From: Malacoraja senta
Taxonomy: Eukaryota
NCBI GenBank assembly: GCA_038087875.1
Contig: CM075999.1
Location: forward strand, 3,908,001-3,972,000
Length of the DNA: 64,000 bases
Direction: 5' to 3'
Part shown: positions 12,401 to 23,200 of the stretch, in pieces
Layout: each line of letters starts with the position of its first letter
Position numbering within the stretch: the stretch's first letter is position 1
The notes under the pieces: model-generated
Told to the model about the DNA's origin: nothing
What the model saw: only the letters and a program-made list of their open reading frames with translations
The model's database searches: none
Made by a program: the position numbers and the translations under genes

Positions 12401-15400
12401 GGGGCAGGGAATAGGAGTGAGGGGAGGAGGGTGAGGGGAGGAGGATGAGGGAAATGAGGAGGGAAATGTGGTGGGGAGTGGGGTGGTAGAGGGAGATGGG
12501 GGGGCGGAGGAGGGAGGTGGGGGGGCGGCGTGGAGGAGGGAGATGGTCGGGAGGGGTGGAGGACGGAGATGGGGAGGGGTAGAGGAGGTAGATGCCCCCT
12601 CCCTATCTACCCTCACCTCCACCCTCTCTACCCCCCTCCCCCAATACTTGGTCTAGAGGTATATAAACTCCTCTCTGCTAAAACATTTGAAATATGTTAG
12701 CAACACATTCAGTTCACTTTACAATAGACATTTTGAGAACTTACTGAACATCAGCAGTGTGGTCCAAATCTACAGAGGAGAAAACAGAATTGAAAACTCA
12801 ATATCAATGCCATTAAGTTATCAGTCATGAAACACCTAAAAATATCACTGCAAAATATATACTGTGGACTGTTTTATCCCTTAGCACCAAAAGGGTACAG
12901 GAACCTGTTCAATTACTGATGTTGTTAATTGCTCCACATTATATCAATTTATATCATTTTGTCCAAAGCAGAGATTACACTTTCCTGCCCAAAGTCACAC
13001 CAAGTATCGGGGATCGAGAATTGTATTGTATTGTATTGTATTGTATATCTTTATTGTCATTTCCTGAGTATTCGCATACCCAGAGGAAACAAAAAAACGT
13101 TCCTCAACCAGTGTCCATTTCAGTGTGTGCAGTAAAAAATAAATAGAAGTAAAAATACATATATCATGAACAAATTAACACTCTACTCTAGTAAACATCA
13201 ACTCTACTCTAGTAAACATGCTGTCTACCTCATTATTTTTCAACAACGTCAACAAAGCAGAAATATTTCACGGCACTTCACAGAAGCATTAGCAGACACA
13301 AAGTTTATCCATTGTCTGGTATATTAAACCATAAGTTTGCAATTTGAGTCACGTGCTTTTCCTGGGAAGATAAAGTTCACCACAAAACCAATTACCTTTG
13401 AAGTTCTCTTTTTCACAAATTTTATAAGCACTGATTGACCCGCCGATTGACTGATTGATAGGCTGATAAATCCCCAGGGCCAGATAGGCTGCATCCCAGA
13501 GTACTTAAGGAAGTAGCCCCAGAAATAGTGGATGCATTAGTGATAATTTTTCAAAACTCTTTAGATTCTGTTCCTGAGGATTGGAGGGTAGCTAATGTAA
13601 CCCCACTTTTTAAAAAGGGAGGGAGAGAGAAAACGGGGAATTACAGACCAGTTAGTCCAACATCGGTAGTGGGGAAACTGCTAGAGTCAGTTATTAAAGA
13701 TGGGATAGCAGCACATTTGGAAAATGGTGAAATCATTGGACAAAGTCAGCATGGATTTATGAAAGGTAAATCATGTCTGACAAATCTTATAGAATTTTTC
13801 GAGGATGTAACTAAGGGGATAAGGGAGAACCAGTGGATGTGTTATATCTGGACTTTCAGAAGGCTTTCGACAAGGTCCCATATAAGAGATTAGTATACAA
13901 ACTTAAAGCACACGGTATTGGGGGATTTGGTATTGATGTGGATAGAGAACTGGCTGGCAGCAAAGAGTAGGAGTTAACGGGTCCTTTTTAGAATGGCAGG
14001 CAGTGACTAGTGGGGTACCGCAAGGCTCAGTGCTGGGACTCCAGCTATTTACAATATATATTAATGATTTGGACGAGGGAATTGAATGCAACATCTCCAA
14101 GTTTGCGGATGACACGAAGCTGGGGGGCAGTATTAGCTGTGAGGAGGGTGCTAGGAGGCTGCAAGATTACTTGGATAGGCTGGGTGAGTGGGCAAATGCA
14201 TGGCAGATGCAGTATAATGTGGATAAATGTGAGGTTATCTACATTGGTGGCAAAAACAGGAAAGTAGACTATTACCTGAATGGTGACCGATTAGGAAAAG
14301 GGGAGATGCAACGAGACCTGGATGTCATGGTACACCAGTCATTGAAAGTAGGCATGCAGGTGCTTCAGGCAGTGAAGAAAGCGAATGGTATGTTAGCATT
14401 CATAGCAAAAGGATTTGAGTATAGGAGCAGGGAGGTTCTACTGCAGTTGTACAGGGTCTTGGTGAGACCACACTTGGAGTATTACGTACAGTTTTGGTCT
14501 CCTAATCTGAGGAAGGACATTCTTGCCATAGAGGGAGTACAGAGAAGGTTCACCAGACTGATTCCTGGGATGTCAGGACTTTCATATGAAGAAAGACTGG
14601 ATAGACTCGGCTTGTACTCGCTAGAATTTAGAAGATTGAGGGGGGATCTTATAGAAACGTACAAAATTCTTAAGGGGTTGGACAGGCTAGATGCAGGAAG
14701 ATTGTTCCTGATGTTGGGGAAGTCCAGAACAAGGGGTCACAGTTTAAGGATAAAGGGGAAATCTTTTAGGACTGAGATGAGAAAAACATTTTTTACACAG
14801 AGTGGTGAATCTCTGGAATACTCTGCCACAGAATGTAGTTGAGGCCAGTTCATTGGCTATATTTAAGAGGGAGTTAGATGTGGCCCTTGTGGCTAAAGGG
14901 ATCAGGGGGTATGGAGTGAAAGCAGGTACAGGATACCGAGTTGGATGATCAGCCATGATCATATTGAATGGCGGTGCAGCCTCGAAGGGCCGAATGGCCT
15001 ACTTCTGCACCTATTTTCTATGTTTCTATGACCCAGCTATGGGTAGGAATGCATTGTCCATGCTCAAGTTTAACTGACATCTTAATGACAGACATTGTAA
15101 GACAATTTGGCTCTTGAACTGAATGAGCAGTAATTTCATTGAAGGGGTGGATGTGAAGTTTTTTCCTGGTTGGGGTGTCTACAACAGAGGGGGTCGGAGT
15201 CACACATGGGGATAAATTCTTCACACAGAGGGTATTGCCTATTGGATTTCACTTGCCCTACTGCACTGTTCAGTCACTGAATATATTCAATACAGGTGTA
15301 TAGATAGTAACCAAATTGAGCAATATGGTGTTATTAAAGAAAATAGGTACTAAGTAAAATATCAGCCATTATCTTACTGGATAGTGGAATAGGCAAGATT

Positions 15401-17115
15401 AATTTACAAACATTTAAAAATATCAGAGGCGATTTTAAAAACACAATAACAGAGATATGGAAAATAAGTGCAGGAGTAAGCCATTCAGCCCTTCGAACCG
15501 GCACCGCCATTCAATATGATCATGACTGATCATTCCAGAATCAGTACCATATCCCTAGATTCCGTTAGCCCTACGATCTATATCCAACTCTCTCTTGAAT
15601 ACATCCAGTGAATTGGCCTCCACTGCCTTCTGTGGCAGAGAATGCACTAGGGTCAATATACAGTATATCCGTTAATCAACAGATCCAAAACTGATCATCT
15701 GGTGATAATGCTGATTTCAGAATTCCAAAAACTATTCTTGAGGAAAGCTATGTACTATGTTTTAATATTAAGAATGTGAGGAAAGACACAAAATGCTGGA
15801 TTAACACAGCGGGACAGGCAGTATCTCTGGGGTGAGATCTCTCCAGAGATGCTGCCAGTCCCGCTGAGTTTAGCATTTCGTGTCTGTCTTCGGTGTAAAA
15901 AACAGCATCTGCAGTTCCTTTCGACAAATGTGTGAGGACATACGTGCAACTATTGACGGGAAGCTTAAAATGGTCAAAATAAGTTTAAAGATTTTATACG
16001 TAGAGGCATTGGTACAAGATTCAGGAAGATATAAAGAACATTTACACAACAGTGGCTCAACCATTGCCCAGTTCTGGGCCACACATTTTATGAAAGATTG
16101 CAAAGGCATTGAAGAGCATGCAGAAGAGACATAACATCTCTGGCGATGAGAAGCATGGAGTCTTTTATGACCATAGGACAAGGTGATAGTGGAGGGGAAA
16201 GAGGCATTTAAAACCACTATGGGTTTAGCCAAAAAAATGGAGAGCATCTACTCCCACTCGTGATGAAGTGGGGTGTACCACCTTCCTTACATGGTGATCA
16301 CCTTCAGTGACTGAGTGAGTTGACAGTGTTCTCTTTCTGTGCTACTTGACTTTTATTGTGCTTATAAAATAGCCTCATGTTTGTAAAGCCCTTGTGCCCC
16401 TTCCACTCTTCAGTAGGATCATGGCTGACCTTTTACTTAGCACCTCGTCTTTAAGTCCAAATCACGGTGGCGCAGCGGGTAGTGTTGCTGCCTCATAGCG
16501 CCAGGGACCCAAGCTCAATCCTGACTACGGGTACGGTCTGTGTGGAGTTCGCACGTTTTCCCTGTGACTGCGTAGGTTCCCTCTGGGTGATCCGGTTTCC
16601 ACCCACATCCCAAAGACTTGTAGGTTAATTGGCTTGGGTAAAAATTGTAAATTGTCCCTCGTGCGTTCAGGATAGTGCTAGTGGACAGGAATGGCCGGTC
16701 GGCAACGACTCGGTTTGCCGAAGGGCTTGTTTCTGCGCTGTATCTGCAAACATTTCGCTCAAGAAGGTAGACACAAAAAGCTGGAGTAACTCAGCGGGAC
16801 TGGCAGCATCTGTGGAGAGAAGGAACGAGTGACGTTTCGGTTCGAGACCCTTCTTCAATTTGCTTCTTTCCTGGAGGCTTGTACCGACACACTAGGCCCC
16901 GCCGTCGCCCCCGGCAACGGCCCGACCCTGGGGACGGACACAGGCCCCGCGCCTCATCGGGGAGACCAGGCGGGATCCCGGCCCGAGCACCGCCTGCCAT
17001 GTCATGTCAGCCCGCCTCACTCACACTCGTACTTCTTGGTGACGGGCGGGTACTTGTGTTTGACTGCGCGCTGCGCGGCCGTCAGGCTGTAGTCCCTGTC
17101 GTCCCTGTCGTCCAT
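6333..17115 (-). CDS. zbtb8os: Archease (RTCB tRNA-ligase cofactor), spliced CDS: complement(join(6333..6419,6535..6571,7217..7269,8436..8518,10229..10350,12745..12769,17025..17115)), 165 aa
   Basis: Seven GT-AG exons (91+25+122+83+53+37+87=498 nt) join in frame to MDDRDDRDYSLTAAQRAVKHKYPPVTKKYEYLDHTADVQLHSWGDTVEEAFEQ...WGEEFDIAKHPQGTEVKAITYSAMQIHEDESPHIFVIIDV*, matching recalled vertebrate archease motifs (HTAD, GTEVKAITY, C-terminal D-[IV]). Confidence 0.97.
6535..6571 (-). CDS. zbtb8os: archease exon 6 (WGEEFDIAKHPQ)
   Basis: cataag acceptor (AAG type), gtaagg donor, 37 nt. Confidence 0.94.
7217..7269 (-). CDS. zbtb8os: archease exon 5 (EMKVIHLDRTNYTIRSIG)
   Basis: ctcttttag acceptor, gtaagc donor, 53 nt in frame. 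Confidence 0.94.
7590..7940 (-). mobile_element. CR1-type LINE 3' fragment
   Basis: Translation KGLERVDVERMFPLVGKSRTRGHSLR plus the shared 3' UTR. Confidence 0.85.
8436..8518 (-). CDS. zbtb8os: archease exon 4 (GHDMLSLLYNFMAEWLYQFSAEMFFIPR)
   Basis: ttcttttag acceptor, gtcagt donor, 83 nt in frame. Confidence 0.94.
8910..9385 (+). mobile_element. CR1-type LINE 3' fragment
   Basis: ORF 9025..9294 KGLDRVDVERLYPLVG...VVNLWNSLP. Confidence 0.85.
10229..10350 (-). CDS. zbtb8os: archease exon 3 (LHSWGDTVEEAFEQVVMAMFGYMTD...EVKAE)
   Basis: ttttccag acceptor, GT donor, 122 nt, visible in ORF 10188..10451. Confidence 0.95.
11445..11580 (-). mobile_element. Non-LTR retrotransposon 3' end, Vingi/Ingi-like
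   Basis: Encodes HIVTSCPKHRPPNGERGLIDLDDDTLAWLASTELQV* (end of a zinc knuckle) followed by a (GAA)n tail. Confidence 0.5.
11810..11828. repeat. (TG)n microsatellite
   Basis: Read directly. Confidence 0.85.
12745..12769 (-). CDS. zbtb8os: archease exon 2, 25-nt microexon (YLDHTADVQ)
   Basis: ctctgtag|ATTTGGACCACACTGCTGATGTTCA|gtaagt; phases fit both neighbours. Confidence 0.95.
13021..13045. repeat. (TTGTA)5 microsatellite, probably a retroelement 3' tail
   Basis: Read directly; adjacent TTTATT. Confidence 0.8.
13461..15030 (+). mobile_element. CR1-type LINE, 5'-truncated RT region with frameshifts, plus 3' tail
   Basis: ORFs 13528..13893 (WRVANVTPLFKKG...NYRPVS) and 14003..14842 (GVPQGSVLG...FADDTKL...RRLRGDLIE); tail ends TATGTTTCTATG. 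Confidence 0.93.
16463..16750 (+). mobile_element. tRNA-derived V-SINE (HE1-like)
   Basis: Same architecture as 21337-21650. Confidence 0.8.
17025..17115 (-). CDS. zbtb8os: archease coding exon 1 (MDDRDDRDYSLTAAQRAVKHKYPPVTKKYE)
   Basis: ATG at 17115, donor GTGAGT from 17024, lies in a CpG-rich segment. Confidence 0.93.
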
Positions 17116-17257
17116 GTCTGCGGCGCTGGGCGGAAGTCCCGCCCACGGACACGCCCTCCATTGGGTACAGCCCCCGTCAGTCACCCAGCACTGCTACAGC
17201 CATTGGTGAACTGGCTCCTCTTACGTCACTTCCTTAGATACCGTTTAAAATGGCGGC
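17116..17257. promoter_or_regulatory. Bidirectional CpG-rich promoter shared by zbtb8os and iqcc
   Basis: GC boxes (17128-17133, 17138-17144), ETS/GABP-like CGGAAGT (17131-17137) and CACTTCCT (17227-17234), two ATTGG/CCAAT boxes (17160, 17202), CRE-like TTACGTCA (17221-17228), YY1-like AAAATGGCGGC (17247-17257). Confidence 0.85.
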
Positions 17258-17285
17258 GGGGCTGCGCGGAGTCTGTCGTCTGCAG
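17250..17285 (+). CDS. iqcc: iqcc exon 1 (MAAGLRGVCRLQ)
   Basis: AAAATGG Kozak context, CAG|gtcagc donor, supplies the LQ of the IQ motif. Confidence 0.85.
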
Positions 17286-20200
17286 GTCAGCCTTGTTATT
17301 AATCAATTAAAACCTTGTAATTAATTAATTAAATGTAGTCAATTATTACTAAAATAATATTTACAGAACAAAGCAAACAGTGACAACACACCCACTACCG
17401 TAATACTAAAAATCACCAAATGTAAATCGGTCCGAAGAAGGGTCTCGACCCGAAACGTCACCCATTCCTTCTTTCCTGAAATGCTGCCTGAGTTACTCCA
17501 GCATTTTGTATCTACACCGAATGATCTTATCACTAAATCTCAAATAACTATTTTACAATCCTTATCAAGGATATGCTTGTTATTGTGTAGGAAGGAGGTG
17601 CAGATGTGGTTTACACCAAAGATAGACACCAAATTCCTGAATTTACTCTGCAGGAGAGGCAGCATCTGTGGACAGAAGGAGTGGGGGATGTTTCGGGTTG
17701 ACACCCTTCTTCAGATTTGTCGGAGAGAGGAGGAGAACTTCTTCAAAGTAGGCATACCGTAAGGAGATATCGCAGACAAAATGTTTAAGAAGGAGCTGCA
17801 GATGCTGAAGAAGGGTCTCGACACAAAACCACACACATTCCTTCTCCCCAGAGATCCTGCCTGTTACTCTAGCACTTTGTGTCTATCTTCAGTGTAAACC
17901 AGCATCTGCTGTTCCTTCCTACTCAGAATGAAACATGTTCTGCTAATAAGGACTAAAGTGTTGCTGCCTGAGCCATTGATTTTTGCTTTCATCAAATTGC
18001 ATCAGAGTGCTGGTTTTAAAAGGTTACCAAACGTCAAACTGAATGGAAACTCAAGAGAGGTGAAATAATAGCCCTGATTCTGTAACACACTTATGGCTTG
18101 TTGAGCCTGTGTTGGCTTTTTGTAAAAATAATTAAGCTTGTCCCTTTCCTCTGGCTCTTTTCCTGGAGCCTGCAATTTTTGTTACCAATTACCTGTACTT
18201 TCTGAAACCCCAAATTGAATTGGTTTCCAGCACCCTTTCAGACAATGCATTTGCAGAACCTCAGCTGAACAATTATCAACGTATTTCTGAAAACAAAATT
18301 AGTGGCTTTGACCTGTTGGATTTGAGATTCAATCTGGAAGATTGTAGCTGTTCTTTGCAATTTCATTACGCTACATGAGAAACTCAGAACAGAGGGGTCC
18401 AAGTGGAGGCAGTAAATTAAATTGAACAGTGGCTAGAAATTCTAGAATATTGCTACAAACACCAGCTAAAATAATTTTTCATTTTCTTTGACCCTCTTGA
18501 GTTCCTTCAGCAGTTTACTATATTTGATTTCCTCCCAAGGAGAAAATCCCTTGAGCGGTAAATATGGTAAGCTAAATTGAAACACTGGACAGGAGATGTT
18601 CATGCCAGGGCAAGAAAACTGCAGCGGTGACATTGAACCTCATTTGGCTGCCCAGAGAATGAACCTGCTGCTCCCTGGGGCTTTTTGTGTCCATTTGGAA
18701 CAGGCAGAGAGGAGTGGATGTGGAGAGGATGGTTCCACTAGTTGGAGAGTCAGGGACCAGAGGCCAAAGCCTCAGAATAAAAGGACCTTCCTTTAGCAAA
18801 GAATTTCTATAGCCAGAGGGTGATGAATCTGTGGAATTCATTGCCACGGAAGGCTGTGTTAATTAGTAAGGGTGTCGAGGGTTATGGGGAGAAGGGAAAG
18901 ATAGATCAGCCATGATTGAATGGTGGAACAGACTTGATGGGCCGAATGGCCTAATTCTGCTCCTACAACTTATGAACTTATGACATGTTTGAAAGATTGC
19001 TTCTCTGGGAGGCCAGAGCACTATAATATCCAAGTCCACACTGAAGCCCAGGAGTTTCCCCTGTGTAACTCCTTAACTGAGCAAAACCTGTATTTGCATG
19101 ATAAGTCTGGTGTGCTTTCAAAATTGTTTTACTGCCATTAAGGTTTGAACAATCACTGAGCATCCTATTGAATGAAATGATTTGCATGTTAATGCAAAAA
19201 ATTTACATATATTACCATGATTAAATTTCATTGTGTATTTCGTGGTTTTTAGCCATCTGTGTATGGCCTTCCGATATTTAAAAAATATGTGAAATACAAA
19301 AAAAAAGTGTTTCATTTGGAAGCCTGATGAGCAACTATTTGGGGAGTTGAGTAATAAAGATGATTTTGTAAAGTCAATAGTTATTGAATTACTGTCAACA
19401 CTTCAGTTAATTCCATCTATTGGTATTGTGACATGCAGTGTTGGTTAACAAGTTTGAATGTTATTTGCAATGGAAAGTTGACACAAAATGCTGGAGTAAC
19501 TCAGCAGGACAGGCAGCATCTCTGGAGAGAAGGAATAACATTTCGGGTCGAGACCCTTCTTCAGACTGATGTCAGGGGGACTGGGCGGAACAGATAGTTA
19601 TTTCAAATGGAGCAGATAACAGTACAGGTAGTTCTGCCATAACATGATAGCTGAGTTCAAAGAAACCTTGTGTTATAGAAAATTACATTGTGTCAGTGGG
19701 GAAAAGGGGGTTAGGAGCTAGAGAATTTGAGACTCAATAACAGTGCTTTTTCCCCTGAAGGATCTTCAAATATAACAGTCTTTTCAATAGCTTTAAGTTT
19801 ACTTTTGTCACTACAAGCTAAAAGTACTAAAAGCTGTATGTTGCATTATTTAATAGAATATTGTTGCATAAGTGTCCATAGAGGCAATTGCTTGTCAACT
19901 TCCATGGCCAACTGGTCAAACTGGCAGACTGTATTCTTAAGCTGTTCTTATGATGTCTGATTGTTGCGGAGAGGTACACATGCAAACATTTTTTTCCCCA
20001 CAAAGCTTTGTTTTCCTTTTTTATCAGCTTGTTAATTTCCCAATAAACTTTTAAGTAGCTCTTTAGTTCCCGATATCAAATTTGTGTTATGAAAGCTCTT
20101 TAGTTAATGATATCAAATTTGTGTTATGAAAACTCGCGTTGCAGCGGAACTATCTGTATTCTGACAAACTAACAGGGACATGGATTCATTTACACTAGCG

Positions 20201-23200
20201 GTGCTGCTTAACGTAAAAAATGTGTTTTATGTACAGTAATTTCATAAGCATTTTTGTCCTTTTTGTAGGCTTATGGTAGAGGTTATTTGATAAGAAAAAA
20301 GTTCAGAAGTTTGCGTCAAGATTATGAAAGCATTGTGAACGAAATTGAAGGAGGATTGGACATGTTGGAATGGGATGGGAAAGTGTTGCCTAGACCCAAA
20401 TTTAGGAATCAGGTATGTAACGTGTATTTGTATCTAAACCTTGCACATTAACTAAACTTTTGTTTAGTTAGGTTTCTAACGTGGAGTGTTAATCAGAACA
20501 TCTGGAAGATTTTGGAATGCTGACATTGCTTGCTGCCTAATGTAGGTGTAGCCTAATGCCGATTTCAAGAAACAACTGCAATCATTTTCTACATTTGGAA
20601 ACCTCTCCAGAGATGCAAATACTAAGAGCTATATTGCCTTTCTACAAACAAATTCTGAATCCTATCCCTCATCTGAAAGTAATTAACCTATGAATTCATT
20701 CAATTGATTTACAGTAAGATGGTCTTTCTAGTGATAAATGAACCCAGATCTTCAGTTTAACCACAAAATAATGCATAAGTGCAAATTATTAGACATCTAT
20801 TTCCCAACATCTACTTGGAAATAACCTTATGTGAAATTCAGAAAACTTCAAAATGACAAGTGATCACAAATTCTGATGAAATTCTTCACCAATCCAGGCA
20901 GCATCCTGGTGAATTCCCTCTGCACTCTCTCCAGCGATACAACATCCCTCCTATAGAGCCGCAATCTGAACAAGTGCAGCCAAACCTATGTCATGTGTCA
21001 ACATTACGTCCCAACTTAGCAAAAGGACTTAAAGAAGTTAAACGAGTGAACAACAAGATGGTAGATGGAATGTGATGGGAGAACGTGTGAGGCTATTCCT
21101 TTGGCAAGAAGAAATGAGAAGTAGTGAAGGCTAATTATTAATGTTGGTAACCAGAGAGGTTTGGATGCCTCTCTGCGTGAATCTGTGGACGCTTGTAGGG
21201 TTACAGCAAGCAATTGAGAAGGCAGACTGCAATCTGGCCTTTATTACAAATAGTTTGGAATAGAGGATTGAAGATTTTACCACAGATCTCCAGAACATTG
21301 GTGACATTCCAGCTGGAGTATGCAAGGAAGGGCGGTCACGGTGGCGCAGCGGTAGAATTGCTGCCTTACAGCGAATGGAACGCCGGAGACCCGGGTTCGA
21401 CCCTGACCACGGGTGCTGTCTGTACGGAGTTTGTACGTTCTCCCCGTGACCTGCGTGGGTTTTCTCCGAGATCTTCGGTTTTCCTCCCACACTCCAAAGA
21501 CGTACAGGTTTTTAGGTTAATTGGCTTGGTAAATGTAAAAATTGTCCCTAGTGGGTGTAGGATAGTGTTAATGTGCGGGGATTGCTGGTCGGTGCGGACC
21601 CAGTGGGCCGAAGAACCTGTTTCCACGCTGTATCTCTAAACTAAACTAAACCTCTGTCCAATCGTAGAGTTGGCTGAAAGGCCCACATAACCACCTCCTG
21701 TTTCTATTTCTTATGTTCCTATGAACCTCGGTGAATAGTGTAAAGGAAAGAATACCAATTAAGTAGATCGATCCATGTCCTGGGCATGTTCCGAATCCTG
21801 GTCAATCGCTGATGTGGATGTAAAAGATCACAGTATCCTGGGCTGCACTTACTCTTTAACTATTGTCACTCCTACCAGTTGCAGGTTATTTATCACTTTG
21901 TTCTTTATCAAACGTGATGTGCATAAATTGGCTATACTGCTCCTTGGTTTACAACTGTTATATTCTTTGGGACGTGCAGAGGTTATGAAGGTCGCTATAT
22001 TAATGCATCTTTTCTTTCAAAGACTGTCTGACATCATACCCTGCTAGAAAAGATCTGCAAGTATTATCACAGCCATTAACTATAGCTTTCTTCACTGACC
22101 TTCACTGTTGTGAGAACAGCTTATGTTTCTTTTAGCCAACATCAATACCAATCTTTTCCTCTTGAGAACAATCTCCTTTAAAACCAAAGAAGTACTTTTG
22201 CCTAAATCTGATTTATCTTTGCACCTGACTGGATAACACATTTTACCACGTGACTTAGCTTCAACTCTATTTGGCTGCTTCCTGCAGCAACCTTATTTAA
22301 AAGGTACTCCCTTTCTCATTTGTAAGGATGGCCAATGACCTCATTCAAGTCATCTGTCATCCTGTTAAGTGTGCCGCTCTGGAAATCTATTCCCTATTGT
22401 GAATCCTACTTGCTGAATGCATGTCAAGATGCCTCCATCACCATCTTGATGTGGTTCCTTTTAAGACTGCTTGTTCCCTCTTTAACCGTTTGCAACTGTT
22501 TAGCTGCTGACCTCATCTCCATCACAAGATTTTCTAATTGCTGCACATGCTGTCAGAATCCGGCTTTAAATTCCTAACCACCTAACATTTAAAACAATAA
22601 CTCTAATTTCACCTTGAATTTCCTACATGTTTGGTTCCTTTGCTACAAATTTTCCACCTTTGCTTTGTCTCCTTCAAATGTTTTAATTCTACCTTCATCT
22701 GATTGCTACTTTACTATCCTGCCCTAACATAACTGCTTCATGAATTTCATTTGCTCTTCCCATCGAAACTGACACACTAATATCTTTATCTCCCCAATTG
22801 TTCAAATAATGTTGGTAACATAGTAGATGTTTCAACATGGCTACTGTGAGCGGTATTCCTATTAAAGTCTTTTATTATTGAGTACCGTTTAACAGTTCTA
22901 TTGTAGCCGGAGGCTGGACAATATCCTTCCCAAGCTCCTGGGTTAATCAGTGTAGTGTGGTGCTGACTGTCCCAGGCAGGGTGGGGGATGGGCAGCTCTC
23001 AGCTTGTGAGATGCTGCAACCAATGCATTAACTGGAAATCCATTCATACCACTCTGAAGTGGAGATTGATTGGGTCTTACAGGAATGTTGTCTGCGAAGC
23101 AGAGAGTGCTGGACAAAATGCACACTGGTGCAGCGACTGGGGAGGGACAAAACTGGGCTGTGTGGTGGACTGCAAAGAGCACAGTGATGGATTGCTGCAG

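Noticed and set aside
6333..17115. Functional link between archease (RTCB ligates 2',3'-cyclic phosphate and 5'-OH ends) and nearby hammerhead elements
   Set aside because: The chemistry matches, but the elements are dispersed repeats equally dense far from the gene, so proximity is not evidence
16791..17310. GC-rich ORFs across the promoter
   Set aside because: Open frames expected in a CpG island; the real coding parts are the two first exons, in other frames
21337..21415. tRNA genes at the A/B-box sequences
   Set aside because: They are SINE heads continuous with the SINE body and tail; no convincing cloverleaf
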